This document shows positions 28,035 through 40,880 of a DNA stretch of 64,000 bases, one piece after another. Origin of the DNA: Felis catus (taxonomy: Eukaryota); NCBI RefSeq assembly GCF_018350175.1, contig NC_058368.1:225248001-225312000 (forward strand), given 5' to 3'. The position numbers and the translations under genes were made by a program. A model generated the notes under the pieces. The model was not told the origin of the DNA. It saw nothing but the letters and a program-made list of their open reading frames with translations, and did not search any database. How positions within the stretch are numbered: the stretch's first letter is position 1; every line of letters begins with the position of its first letter.

Positions 28035-28102
28035 TGATGGACCAACCTTTCACCTAATTATTCTGTCCTGCAGACCCTGGGAAAGTGTAATGTACATATT
28101 CT

Positions 28103-28320
28103 CAATCTTTTTTAATGTTGATTTATTTTTGAGACAGAGAAAGAGAGACAGAGTGCGAGTGGGGGAGGGGCAGAAAGAGAGGGAGACACAGAACCGCAAG
28201 CAGGCTCCAGGCTCCGAGCTGTCAGCACAGAGCCTGACACGGGGCTCGAACCCACAAGCTGTGAGATCATGACCTGAGCTGAAGTTGGACGCTTAACTGA
28301 CTGAGCCACCCAGGCGCCCC
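28103..28320 (-). mobile_element. CAN-SINE
   Basis: TSD gtaatgtacatattct/gtaatgtacgtattct. Confidence 0.95.
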
Positions 28321-28822
28321 AGTAATGTACGTATTCTTATCAAGAAGGCATATATTGGCAATATTTAACATGTAGATTCCCACAGAATAGGACGCGATAT
28401 TCTACTATTTGAGAACCTAAAATATCAATTAGAAATCTTGAACCCTGTTTTTACAGTTTATGGTGTCAATATATATTTGCAAAGAACGAACTCTAGCTGA
28501 TTTCACATCGTCCCCAGCACATACTGCCCTGGAGAATAGGTGCCTGATGAGCGTTTTGGCAAGAGCTCTACTGCTTGGTTTTCGGTTGGCGGTAGATGAA
28601 TATTCCTTGAAGAGATACAAGGTGCAGGACGCTGGAAACAGAGCCGGGCACAGAACGCCTGGGGGCTGGTAGCACAAAGCTGCCATAAGCCAATAAGGGA
28701 GATAGTTAAGAGTTACAGAGTCACAAGCAAAATAATTACAATTTGTCAAAAACGCTCTAAGGAAATGAAGGTCTAGATAAGACAGGGAAGGGAATGATGG
28801 AAAAGACCACCCCTTCCTTCTT

Positions 28823-29643
28823 TTTTCTTTTTTTTTAGTTATTTAAAATATAATTTATTGTCAAATTGGCCTCCATACCACACCAGGGCTCATCCCAACA
28901 AGTGCCCTCCTCCCTGCCCACACTCACTTTCCCCTCTCCCTCACCCCCATCTGCCCTTACTTAGTTTGTTCTCAGTCCTTAGGAGTCTCCCTCCTTCTCT
29001 GTAACTTTTTTGTTTTATTTTTTATTTTTTAAAACTTACAGCCAAATTAGTTAGCATCTAGTGCAACAACGATTTCAGGAGCAGATTCCTTAGTGCCCCT
29101 CACCCATTTAGCCCATCCCCCCTCCCCCAACCCCTCCAGCAACCCTCAGTTTGTTCTCCATATTTAAGAGTCTCTTCTGTTTTGTCCCCCTCCCTGGTTT
29201 TATATTATTTTTGCTTCCCTTCCCTTATGTTCATCTGTTTTGTCTCTCAAAGTCCTCATAGGAGTGAAGTCATATGATTTTTGTCTTTCTCTGACTGACG
29301 AATTTCACTTAGCATCATACCCTCCCAGTTCCATTCACGTAGTTGCAAATGGCAAGATTTCATTCTTTTTGATTGCCGAGTAATACTCCATTGTATATAT
29401 GTGCCACATCTTCTTTATCCATTCATCCATCCGTGGACATTTGGGCTCTTTCCATACTTTGGCTACTGTTGATCGTGCCGCTATAAACATGGGGGTGCGT
29501 GTGTCCCTTCGAAACAGCACACCTGTATCCCGTGGATAAAGGCCTAGTAGTGCAATGGCTGGGTCGTAGGGTAGTTCTAGTTTTAGTTTTTTGAGGCACC
29601 TCCATCCTGTTTTCCAGAGTGGCTGCGCCAGCTTGCATTCCCA
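28823..29643 (-). mobile_element. 5'-truncated L1 (ORF2 C-terminal remnant plus compound 3' UTR)
   Basis: Translation PMFIAA...WKEPKCP...DEWIKKMWHIYTMEYYSAIKKNEILPFATT is the L1 ORF2 end; TSD ccaccccttccttctt. Confidence 0.95.
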
Positions 29644-30336
29644 CCACCCCTTCCTTCTTCAGGTGTGTTCCCTGCCTGGCTGATCCTTACAATAACGAGA
29701 AGCAGACCTCCTTCATGTCAAATTAGACACAAAAGGAATGGAAGCTAAGAAGGTTGGAGGAACTGGATCCAGCCAATGTGGACATAAATAAGGTGTGAAA
29801 TGAGGACTTAAGTCCAGGTGCATCTATCATGACACCCTTTCATGATGCAGTCACAGGGACCAGGGGAGGGGGTGCCTGGGACACCAGTGGCCCTCAGGGG
29901 GTTCACTGCCACAGCGATGGCTGCTCCACTTCCGGGATAAACCTATGAGAGCCTCGGAATCTAGCTCATTGCCAACGACGGCAGCTAACGTACAGCACTT
30001 ACTTAAAGAAGTCACATTAAAGTTACCCAAATCGGAAGCAGCAAAGTAAGTTTTTCTACCAACTAGGAAAGCACAGAATATAGACCAAGAAGGGCGAAGT
30101 CACAATGGCCGCATGATCTCTTACTTAATTTCTCTGTGTCAAAATTCCATCATTTGTACAATGGGATGACAACAGTACCTCCCTCGTTAGGTTGCTCTAT
30201 CTTAGAATGTCAGTCTTTGTAAGGCTTGGCACATGGTACCTCCTGTGTTCCGTAGACCAAAAGGCTTCATTTTATTATACTGTAATCAAAAGAGATTATA
30301 AAATGTTGCAAAATAACCGCTGAAAAAATGAATCGT

Positions 30337-30480
30337 GGGGCGCCTGGCTGGCTCAGTTGGTTAAGCATCTGACTTTGGCTCAGGTCAGATCTCACGGGTC
30401 GTGGGTTCGAGCCCTGCCTCAGAGCCTGGAGCCTGCGTCGGATTCCGTGTCTCCCGCTCTCTCCGCCCCTCGCCCGCTCT
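30337..30480 (+). mobile_element. CAN-SINE, internally deleted and tailless
   Basis: Head intact, body shortened, no A tail. Confidence 0.85.
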
Positions 30481-31045
30481 GGTTACCAGTAAAACGGATT
30501 CTGAACAAGTACCAATTCACAGATTCAGGGGGAACCCAGACTAAAACAGTTTTGTCTCCCTGATTGAAGCTTGTATTTTCAACCATAAAAGGACATTATA
30601 AGATGCAAATAGGCCACACATATCTGCAATCCTAACAGGACCTTAATGAGGATCAGCCTTGCGTCGCAAGGCCTTGGAAGGGAGACAAATGAAGCTATAA
30701 TTTAGATGGATAGCCTGGGCTGTCTGAACATGCCCTTTGGGACACCAACGCCCATCCCAAGAGGCATGTGGGGTCAACAGCTATCACCAAATATACGGCC
30801 TTCTGTTACATGTACCAACACTGACCTATCTATGTGGACCCTGAATTTGGTGGCTTCAAAAATTGTTTATCAAGAGAAAATGAGAGGACTTATCATGCAG
30901 GCCATACCTTCTTCCGGAAAGAGCTAAAGGCAATGTGTGATATTCAGACAAGTATCGATGGGTTACCTGGGTAAGGGGTTGCATGGTTTTATCCACCAAC
31001 ACATTTGTATATTCTGTTGGATGAAGCCAAATTCATTGGCTTCTT

Positions 31046-31264
31046 TTAAAAAAAAAAATTTTTTTTAAGTTTATTTTTGAAGAGAGAATGGGCACAACTG
31101 GGGTAAGGGCAGAGAGAGAGAGGGAGAGAGAGAGAATCCCAAGCAGGCTCCACAACATCAGTTACGGCACCCGACGCAGGGCTCAAATGGACAAACCGTG
31201 CGATCATGACCTGAGCTGAAACCAAGAGTCAGACACTTAACTGACTGAGCCACCCAGGTTCCCC
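31046..31264 (-). mobile_element. CAN-SINE
   Basis: GA tract and reverse head; TSD-like ggcttctt. Confidence 0.92.
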
Positions 31265-33940
31265 TTCCTCGGCTTCTTCTATGGCTAAAGGAGCAAGCAC
31301 TAAACCCAATCCTCCTCTCCTAGGCATTTATCAGAACTGGACAGTCCTCATTTCAGCGGAAACATACTTAAAAGTTTACCAAAGATAACCGAAGTCGAAC
31401 AGAAAGCTGGTGATGAAGAGCTTACGCTCCAACAGAAAATTTCCACATACTCTTCGAGAAGTCACTCTCACAGCAATATTTGAATGCAGTTCATAACGAG
31501 TCATGTTTCCATCGCAATATCGTGTATGCCACACTTCAGATATTCATCAGAAATGGCAAACAGTTCCTGGTGCAAGAAAAGAGGATGACAAACTGGAGAC
31601 AGTGTGAGGCAGGCAGAGAGATGGCAGGGACGAAGAGGAAAAGGTGAGCCGAGGTCGGATAGGAAATGGCTGTGACTCCCCTCCAGCACATTCCGAGGAG
31701 ACCACGTGGGGGCCAGGCAGGCATTTTTAACTCCTCGCTTTCAAGGGTGCCATAGAAACCCCTGACCACAGAGCATCAAATGCTCAACACAGAATCTTAA
31801 GAGGTTTCTGCACACCATTCTGAAGCCCGACATCCATGGCCATTAACACCTAACTACACGTTTCATCAAATAAACATCAAATTATTCCCAAGATAAACAT
31901 CGGTAGGTGTTAGTTGAAAGGGAAAGATGGGAGGCTCCAGCGTCTTCAGTTGCTTTGAAGTTTTATTTTGGCTTCCATAAAAACCTGGATAGCCAGCTAG
32001 GTAAATCGAGTTGGTTGAAAACAGTGATCGCTTTTCCTGTATAAGAAAGTTGGAACATGGAGAAGAACCAAATGAATGTTAAGATTTTATGGAGAAGGAA
32101 AAGTCCGGTGCGGTTATTTAAAAAAAAAAGAAAAAGAAAAAGAAAAGATTTCAATAAAGAGAAAAAAGAAGCACCTAAACCACAGAATAGGTATAATCAC
32201 AAAAAAATTTTAAGTCAAAAACCAAATAAAAGTGTCAACGGAAGCGCCCAACTGCAAAGACAAGGACCCCCCCACAAATAAGCATTTACATAACTAAACA
32301 GTCTCTTCTCACACACACATCGTGTTGTGCACGGGTTTGGAGACACGCATGCTGACTTTAGAAAGTAACACCAGGGGACACCTAGCAAGAGTTAAGTGAC
32401 AGAATCCTCACTGAAATACTTCCTTCCCCCAGGTCCACACCTGTGATGTCCGCAAGTTCAACCACAGGCTTCGGCAGTTTTCCTTCTCCATAACGAAAGC
32501 TATCCAAGTCACCAATGTTAAGACCTTTAGTTTTAATTCAGAAAACCCTTCCAGATGAGCTCACGGAAGGCTCTTCGTGTCCGTAATCAGACAGCCTTAT
32601 CAGTCTTTGTTACAACACTTCTGATGCAGAATACTTGGCTGTTTACTGCAGTGTGGGCTGGAAGATTCCATGAACAAACTTTCAAGGTACACAGAAAAAT
32701 TTCAGCTTTTGAAAATTTCAGGGGAACTACATGTAACACAGCAGTTTTTCTGATTCACAGAATTGTGATTTATTTGTATCAAGATGGGGTGTTACGGATT
32801 TTTCTTAGAATATGATCTAATTAGAAGTATGCATTATTCACCACATTTGAACTACTACTCAACTTTTACCTATCAGAGTCTGTGAAGACTTAATATAAAT
32901 CTTTAATTCCTATTATTAATTTTTTTTAATAATGACATGAAAATTAAACTTGTAAGACAGAATCTATTTCAGAGTATATTCAGGAGTCATAATAAGTCAT
33001 TTTTGCTTTTCTTCCCCAAGGCAGAATAATCCCGAGGATTAATACATTGATTCACATGGAGGAAATACTCTGGACCACCTACTGTCTGAAGCTCTAGGAA
33101 AACCACAAGTAAGCAGACAGGGCTCCCACGTCCTGTGAAGTTAAGAAATAATCATTTGTCAATCAGCCATTAGAGATTACAAGGTAGTAAAAAGCAGACT
33201 GGAAACTAAAGGCTCGAGGAATGAGAAAATAATTGGTTACCAACCTTGCCCTACGTTTGTTAAGATATTAAAAAAAAAAAAATCATGTTCAAGAGTCTCA
33301 GCTACTTCTGTAAACTATTGGCAACTTAGGAGTCAAGAGAAAGCAACACATTAGGGCAAAAGGGCCTAGATATGGAGGGAAATATTCTTATAACAAAACA
33401 TTAACGGAAAAATGATCTGATATGAACAGCACTGCAAACTTACCCAATCCACGAAGAAACTCTGGAAATTAACATTTTCCAAAGTAGATGTTATCAAAAC
33501 AAAAGGTTTTCTTTGTGTAGAGATACCCCTTTTCATCATATGCCACATGTAATTTCAGAGTCATTTTCAATGCGGTCCCCCCCCCCCCAACTTGTGTTCC
33601 TAGAGATCACATCTCTCCCTGGAACGAAGGACAAACAGCACTTATACTCTGGATTCAAGAAGTTAGCATCACCAGTATACAGATTTGCTGGGTCCTACAA
33701 ACCAGCGTGAGTTTTTCTTAGAATCTTGAATGCGGGAGCAACAGCAATCCTTCCCTCATTCTCTCAAGAGGACTATCCTGTCCCTGCTGCAAGGCTGGCA
33801 GGAGAGGGCACCTGCTGGGGACATTTCCCCAAGAGGTCCTTCAGTGACCGTATGCTAGAGATATAAAGTATATTCTTCCTGTGTTTTAAGAACTATTTTT
33901 GGAAGGCTTTTCCTTCCACTTCTAATCCTTAAAGTACTTT

Positions 33941-34175
33941 TTTTTGTTGTTGTTGTTTTAATTTTTTTTTCAACGTTTTTATTTATTTTTGGGACAGAGA
34001 GAGACAGAGCATGAACGGGCGAGGGGCAGAGAGAGAAGGAGACACAGAATCGGAAACAGGCTCCAGGCTCCGAGCCATCAGCCCAGAGCCCGACGCAGGG
34101 CTCGAACTCACGGACCGCGAGATCGTGACCTGGCTGAAGTCGGACGCTTAACCGACTGCGCCACCCAGGCACCCC
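33941..34175 (-). mobile_element. CAN-SINE, young felid subfamily
   Basis: ...accgactgcgccacccaggc; TSD taaagtacttt. Confidence 0.95.
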
Positions 34176-34413
34176 TAAAGTACTTTGTTTTTGATGGGAA
34201 TGTAAGATATCTAAATGTCTTCTCTATCTGGTAATTAAGACCTTTAAATGAAACAAAATCAATCCCGAAATTCATATTCTCAAAAGTGATATTCACATAA
34301 CTCGTTAAATGGTAACCAGTTGACCCCGGAATATCTCACATGGCGTGGTCAGGTGAAGGAGGTGGGTCAAGTGACATACAGTAGGACAGAGAAAAGACAG
34401 AGGTAATGACCGA

Positions 34414-34602
34414 GGGGTGCCTGGGTGGCTCAGTCAAGTTAAGCGTCCGACTTTTGATTTTGGCTCAGGTCATGATCCCAGGGCTCATGGGTTCAAGGCC
34501 CACATTGGGCTGTGCTGACAGCACATTCTCATTCTCTCTCTCTCCCTCTCTCTCTCTCTCTCTCATAAATAAATAAATAGATAAATAAATATTAAAAAAA
34601 AA
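34414..34602 (+). mobile_element. CAN-SINE
   Basis: Head, CT tract, (TAAA)n tail. Confidence 0.9.
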
Positions 34603-34899
34603 GTAATGATTCATCCGTGTAGTTAATTTAATGGCTATCTTCTGGCCAGTGTCTCTACCCCCACATCTACAGACCAACACTTGTCTCATTCTAATTACTG
34701 GTGCACCTCTTTGCCTTCATCAACCGTGAGCTCCTTAAAGGAAGGAAACCGGTCTTTGCATCTCCCAGCTCATCCAATAAACAAACATTAATCCTGCAAG
34801 AGTTTAGTGTGGTTTTGCCTTTTCCCACGTTGCATTTGACAGAGCAGAAAAATCCCACACGGGCTGCTCATCTGGACTGCCGTTAAAAAGCTTGGTCTT

Positions 34900-35069
34900 G
34901 GGGTGCCTGGGTGGCTCAGTCGGTTGAGTGTCCGGCCTCCACTCAGGTCACGGTCTCACGGTTTGGGAGTTCGAGCCCCACGTTGGGCTCTGTGCCCGGA
35001 GCCTGCTTCAGATTGTGTGTGTGTCTCTCTCTCTCTCCTTCTGCCCTTCCCCCACTCCTGCTGTCTCTG

Positions 35070-35103
<34 letters not shown>

Positions 35104-35398
35104 CTTCAAAAATAAACAGCCATTAGGGGCGCCTGGGTGGCGCAGTCGGTTAAGCGTCCGACTTCAGCCAGGTCACGATCTCGCGGTCCGTGAGTTCGAG
35201 CCCCGCGTCGGGCTCTGGGCTGATGGCTCAGAGCCTTGGAGCCTGTTTCCGATTCTGTGTCTCCCTCTCTCTCTGCCCCTCCCCCGTTCATGCTCTGTCT
35301 CGTTCATGCTCTGTCTCTCTCTGTCCCAAAAATAAATAAACGTTGAAAAAAAAATTAAAAAAAAAATAAACAGCCATTAAAAAAAAAAATTAAATAAA
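34900..35398 (+). mobile_element. Nested CAN-SINE pair (young copy 35126-35361 in the tail of an older copy)
   Basis: TSD aaaaataaacagccatta 35108-35125 / 35362-35379. Confidence 0.93.
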
Positions 35399-36154
35399 GG
35401 ATAAATTCATCGCAAAAGCAATAGCTGTATCTTTTAGCTGCATTGTTTTTTGTTTTTTTTACTTCTGGCTGCAAATATGTGAGGCTACATCATGTGCATC
35501 TGCCCCAGTAACATATTTATAAAACAGAAATAGGACAATCTTCACAACTGAAGAGGGGGAGGCGAGGCCTATACCCACAACAGCAGAAGACTGAGGGCCA
35601 CATGCATGTTCCCTGGAGTTCAAAGACTTGATGGAATCCAAACATGTACAGCACTACTGCTGACTTCCTTCACGCGGGTCACATCAGAGGGTTTAAGAAA
35701 AAAATACAGGATGAAAAATATCATCTAGTAAACTGCTTGGAAATACACATCAAAAGGCGTATCGATCATCCAGTCTGTGTCGTAAATTCCTGCCCCACCA
35801 CCCCTACCATGTCATTCCAGCTAATTACATATTCCAAGGACAGAACCTGCAACCTGGCCTGGGCTTCCCAAGAGAACATGAAGTTAGGGAGACTTAACAG
35901 TGCATCAGATAAAAAAGTACCCGCAAAGAGTTGGCCCTGCTCTTTCTGGTCTGCTAACCAATTTAAATCAAACCGGCTCAACCCTATGAGCTAGAGCTGT
36001 CCTCTCCCTTTCCCTGAAGGCTGGCTCCTTTAGATGGATAAGGAGTGCCGTTCTGTACGCAGGGGTGAGGGGTGTTACGGGGAGGAGCTCACAGCTGCAG
36101 ACAATGCTGCTGGCTGATCCATAACCTGAGTTTATTTAAAATGAGACCATTTTC

Positions 36155-36278
36155 GGGGCGCCTGGGTGGCTCAGTGGGTTAAGCATCCGACTCTGGATTT
36201 CAGCTCAGGTCATGATCTCAGGGTCATGGGATCCAGCCCTGGGACAGGCTCCGCACTGAGCTTGGCACTTGCTTCTGA

Positions 36279-36309
<31 letters not shown>

Positions 36310-36620
36310 CCTCCCTCCCCCCTCTCTGCCCCTCTGCTGCATGCATACGAGCTCGTGCGTGCTCTCTCTCTCTCAAAAACAGAAGTTTAGGGGCACCTGG
36401 GTGGCTCAGTCGGTTAAGCGTCCGACTTCAGCTCAGGTCATGATCTCACGGTCCGTGAGTTCGAGCCCCGCGTCGGGCTCTGTGCTGACAGCTCAGAGCC
36501 TGGAGCCTGTTTCAGATTCTGTGTCTCCCTCTCTCTGACCCTCCCCCATTCATGCTCTGTCTCTGTCTCAAAAATAAATAAACGTTAAAAAAAATTAAAA
36601 AAAAAAAAAACAGAAGTTTA
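36155..36620 (+). mobile_element. Nested CAN-SINE pair (inner 36390-36605)
   Basis: Inner TSD aaaaacagaagttta; outer TSD-like aaaatgagaccattt/aaaatgagataattt. Confidence 0.93.
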
Positions 36621-38149
36621 AAATGAGATAATTTCAAGATGAAATATTGATCTCATAGTATAAGTAGCAAGTGTTTAGGGTGTAAATCATGTAGGTGATA
36701 CGTCTCCTCTCCCAGCTCAGCTCACAAATGTAGGCAAGAAAGATGGTCATCAACTCAACGGTAACTACACTTTTAATATGTTAGAAAAAAACCTATTATA
36801 ATAAAAATTTTGCAAGTAAAATATCAATATCTAGGAACATTTTTAGAAGGAGCAAATTGTATTGTCAGATAGTTTCCTGAAACCCTGCATCATTGTTCCC
36901 TAAATACGGTTTGCTTTGGAAATCCATTTCGCGTCGTTATAAAAAACTACAAACATCGTCTTTTAATTCAGTGAGACTCCCATGAAGAAGAGTCAGTTTT
37001 AGGAAACTAGACACAGATCCGTGAGAGATCTCAGACTTGACAAGAGGGTTTTTAACTCTCTAACCATCTCAGTTCAAAGTAAAGCATGACGCTCAGGGAG
37101 GAGACAGTGACAGTTGAACGCTGGCCATCGAGGAGTGTATGAAATGAGGAGAGAGGGGGAGTAAATCACAAATGCTGTCTTAATTGTGTACCCCCAACCC
37201 CTAAAGGAAACACGATGATGTTGGCTAAAGGTTCTTTGCCAGCTGGTTCCTGGACGTGAAGGTAAAATAAATTAACATTCTGGCATATGCCTTATGGCCC
37301 TGAAACATGCCCGTCTGTGCATCCGGCCCTTTACTGGACCACAGGTTCTGAGCTAGAAACTGACATCCAATGATGAATGGAAGCAAGTTCCTGGCTTGGC
37401 AGAATGCACGCATTAGAATGAGTGGGTACAGCACAGAACCAGGGCTAAACTCATTTTTATTTGCTATCATCAACTAATGTGTAAAGATTTAAAACTGCAC
37501 GCTCCTCTGGGGGCCTAACACATGACACTTCCCAAAGGCGGTTATGAAAATGGATTAGTCAAGCTGTTCAATAATGATGGATCCACTGCAAACCCTCGAT
37601 ATTCAGTGACTTGGAGGAAGGGATGAGAAATGTACCTGTAATGAACCCCAGCTTCCACTCACTGTGGTTTATTTCTGAAAAGACTCCATAACAGAATACT
37701 ATTTGTTTCCCACAAATAACACAGTTTCATTCTTCCTCGGAGCCTCTACCTAGGGAGGAAGCTTAGATGCATAAGCCATTAGTACTAATTATTCGTAATG
37801 TCTCAGGGCTTTAGAACAATTACTACTAAAGTTACTGCCTGGAAACAGAATAATTACACTAATTGGAGTTCATCAGATATTCATCTTCATAGTAAGCACA
37901 ACAGATGAGGGGAAATTTACAGTGTCCATAAATGGAAGTCATTTCAACTACCAAAGGTGATTTTCAGAAGACACGGGCCCTCCATATAATGTACGGTAGG
38001 CAACCTCGTCCACTGCACAAATGCGGAGGGCTAGGTTATGTATCAGAACTGTCACAGAGCACTGGTATGGGTCAACAAAACCAGTACACTCCCGCCTTCT
38101 GGTCTTTTCATCGAGAGGGGTGGAAACCTGAAATAATGCCCTCAGTTTT

Positions 38150-38700
38150 GATAAATGCAAAAATACAAACATGCTAAGGGCTACAAGAGGTGTGGGGACA
38201 GACAGGAAAGGCATCTCTGTGAAAGTGGTAACTGAAGACTACTTGGGCGGTGGGAGAAAGTATATTCCAGGCAGAAGGGACAGCCGGCCAGGGCCTGCAC
38301 ACAGCACTAAGAGAACGGAAAGGCGGGCCATGTGGCTGGAGAACAGAGGGTAGAGGAGAGAGGACGAAGGAGTTTAAACAGAAAACTAGTGCAGGAACTT
38401 GCAGATCAGTAGGATTTTCATATTTTATTGTCGGTGGACCAGAAAATCATGATATAAAGTCTTAGGCAGAAGGATGTCATGCTCAGATATACAAGAGTAT
38501 TAGGGCGGTAATCAAGGAGAGGGATAGAAGCTTCTATGAGGTTCATGGCTTAGAGTAGAGGGCGATGAACATAGTGAGATAATGACAAGGTACACCAGTC
38601 ACCAGAAAGAGCCCAGTTTTCCAGAATGAGTGGAAAAAGGTGATGCTGACCAAGAAAGTGAGCCACTAAATGCGAACCGTGGACATTAGCTTGAAAATAA
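38150..38700. mobile_element. L2 fragment
   Basis: attccaggcagaagggacagc...catgtggctggag L2-like motif. Confidence 0.55.
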
Positions 38701-38710
38701 ATGTTGCATA

Positions 38711-38945
38711 GGGACGCCTGCGTGGCTCAGTTGGTTAAGTGGCCAACTTCGGCTCAGGTCATGATCTCGCAGTCCGTGAGTTCGAGCCCTGCATCGGGCT
38801 CTGTGCTGACAGCTCAGAATCTGGAGCCTGCTTCTGTTTCTGTGTCTCCCTCTCTCTCTGCCCCTCCCCCATTCACACTCTGTCTCTCTCTCTGGCTTTC
38901 AAAAATGAATCAATGTTAAAAAAAAATTAAAAAAAGAAAAAGAAA
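38711..38945 (+). mobile_element. CAN-SINE
   Basis: TSD aaaataaatgttgcata/aaaatagatgttgcata. Confidence 0.95.
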
Positions 38946-39699
38946 ATAGATGTTGCATAAATTAAAGAGTTAAAATTAAAAATTCTATTACTTACAGCAA
39001 TTTTATGCAGAAAGTAATTTACCACTTATAATCCTTTATAAAAATATTAAATAGTACCAACTCCCAATTATTTTAGGACCTGTGGTTTATCTGGTGTAGT
39101 AAAACTGAATTGTTATACTCAATTTAGTGGTGGATCAACGAGGTAATATTTTATTGCTGCCGTTAACACAACATGACGTGACCTGAAAGTTGAAACAGAA
39201 AAAGCAGTAGTTGAACTACTTGATGGGACACCCTCAAAAGTTGCAAAATTGGTTTTTTAGAAAGAGTCTCTCAAAAGCGTTAAGCATAGGCATATACCCA
39301 CATGCACATGTGCTGAAAATGCCCCTCAAGAAAATCCCTTAAGTATCACTACTTGTTTTGTTGCTTGGAGAGACCCCGAAATGTATTAGGCTTGATGTCT
39401 GCAGTCATCAAACACATCATATGATTCCTGACACTTGCTACTTTCCACTCCCCAGCGTCCCACTATAAGGCAAACTTTCCAGCAAAACTCTAATGGCCCC
39501 GCCCACACTTGCCTTTGTTAAAACTCCCATCTCCTAAGGTCTCCATCCATCAAAACCTGCCCCTTGGTGAGACTGTGTGTGGTGAATTCCTACCAATAAG
39601 CCTTGATGCTAGTGGAGGATTTTCAACTAGCCTAGGCATCCCGTCTACTCTTTCGCCTAGAACAAGGTCTCTGCCATTGCCACTGTTGGTAGATTTTAT

Positions 39700-39867
39700 A
39701 AAGGGGGGTGGGGGGGATCATGGGAGGGGCAGAGGGAGAGAGAGTCCCAACCAGGCTCCGTGCTCAGCCTGGAGCCTGATGAGGAGCTTGATCCCACAAT
39801 GCTGGGCTCAGGACCTGAGCCAAAATCGAGAGTTGGATGCTCAACTGATGGAGCCACCCAGGCGCCC
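39700..39867 (-). mobile_element. CAN-SINE (diverged)
   Basis: Reverse head gagccacccaggcgccc; TSD-like tggtagatttt/tggcagatttt. Confidence 0.88.
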
Positions 39868-40501
39868 TCAGGACTGGCAGATTTTAAAGAGGGCCTCCCC
39901 AAAATAACTCCATCTTCACCTACTCGACACTAGCTAGTTCTTCACACCGTACTCACTAAGTGAATCTTTCTCTCACTCCCTTTGTTCACGGTCTTGTGAT
40001 ATTTGGGTATGTGGCTACCCAAATGGGAAAGCCTTCGGGCAGAGGGAAAGAAGCAGAATATAATGCTAGAATGAAAACCGGGCTTCACCACGTATCGATG
40101 CTTACTGGTTGACGGCAACTGCCTAGAGACTGTGTTGAGAGGGATTCCAAGGCCTCTCGTACCCGTGTCCGTCATGAGTACAACAGAGGGAACAGTACCT
40201 GCACGCACTCTTGGCCATCCCCCGTACAAGGGAGCCACAGAAACCTGACTCTGAATCTCATGCCAGGCTTGATCGTTCCCAGTGATGTGAATCCTGGGGA
40301 AATTAACTTCTCTGCATCTCATATCAAATGGAGGCACTTATGTTTGCCCCACGTGGATTGGTGGGGACCAAGCCAGGGGCTCAAGTACCATTGATTCTCT
40401 CCGCTCTCTTCTTGGGGGCAGGGACAAGTGAAAAACCTTTTCGCCCAGGACTTTCCAAAGTTCCTCACTATAAACCACCTTTCCTAATATCAAGCATGAG
40501 T

Positions 40502-40880
40502 TGTTAGGGGTTGAGTTGTGTTCCCACAAAATGCACACGTTGAAGCCCTAACCTCCAGTACCTGAAAATGTGACTATGTTCGGAGACGGGGCCCTTAAAG
40601 GGGTCATTATATGAAAACGAGGCCATTAGGGTGGACCTTGTGCTTACAGATCAGGAAGAGACGTCAGGGATGGCTGTGTGCACAGATACAAGACCACATG
40701 AGGACACAGCAAGAAGGTGGCTGGCTATGTGCAAGCCAAGGAGAGACTTCAGAAGTAACCAAACATGCCAACACCTTGGTCTTATCCTTCGAGCCTCCAT
40801 AGCTACGAGAAAATCAATTTCTGTTGTTAAAGCCATGTAGTCTGTGGTATTGTGTAATGGCAGCCCGAGCAGACCAAGAC
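40502..40880 (+). mobile_element. MaLR solo LTR (MLT1B-like)
   Basis: gttgaagccctaacctccagtacc...aatttctgttgttaaagcca...gtctgtggtatt...atggcagccc. Confidence 0.82.

Noticed and set aside
29335..29647. ORFs with L1 ORF2 similarity
   Set aside because: Frameshifted fragment of a 5'-truncated L1, not a functional CDS
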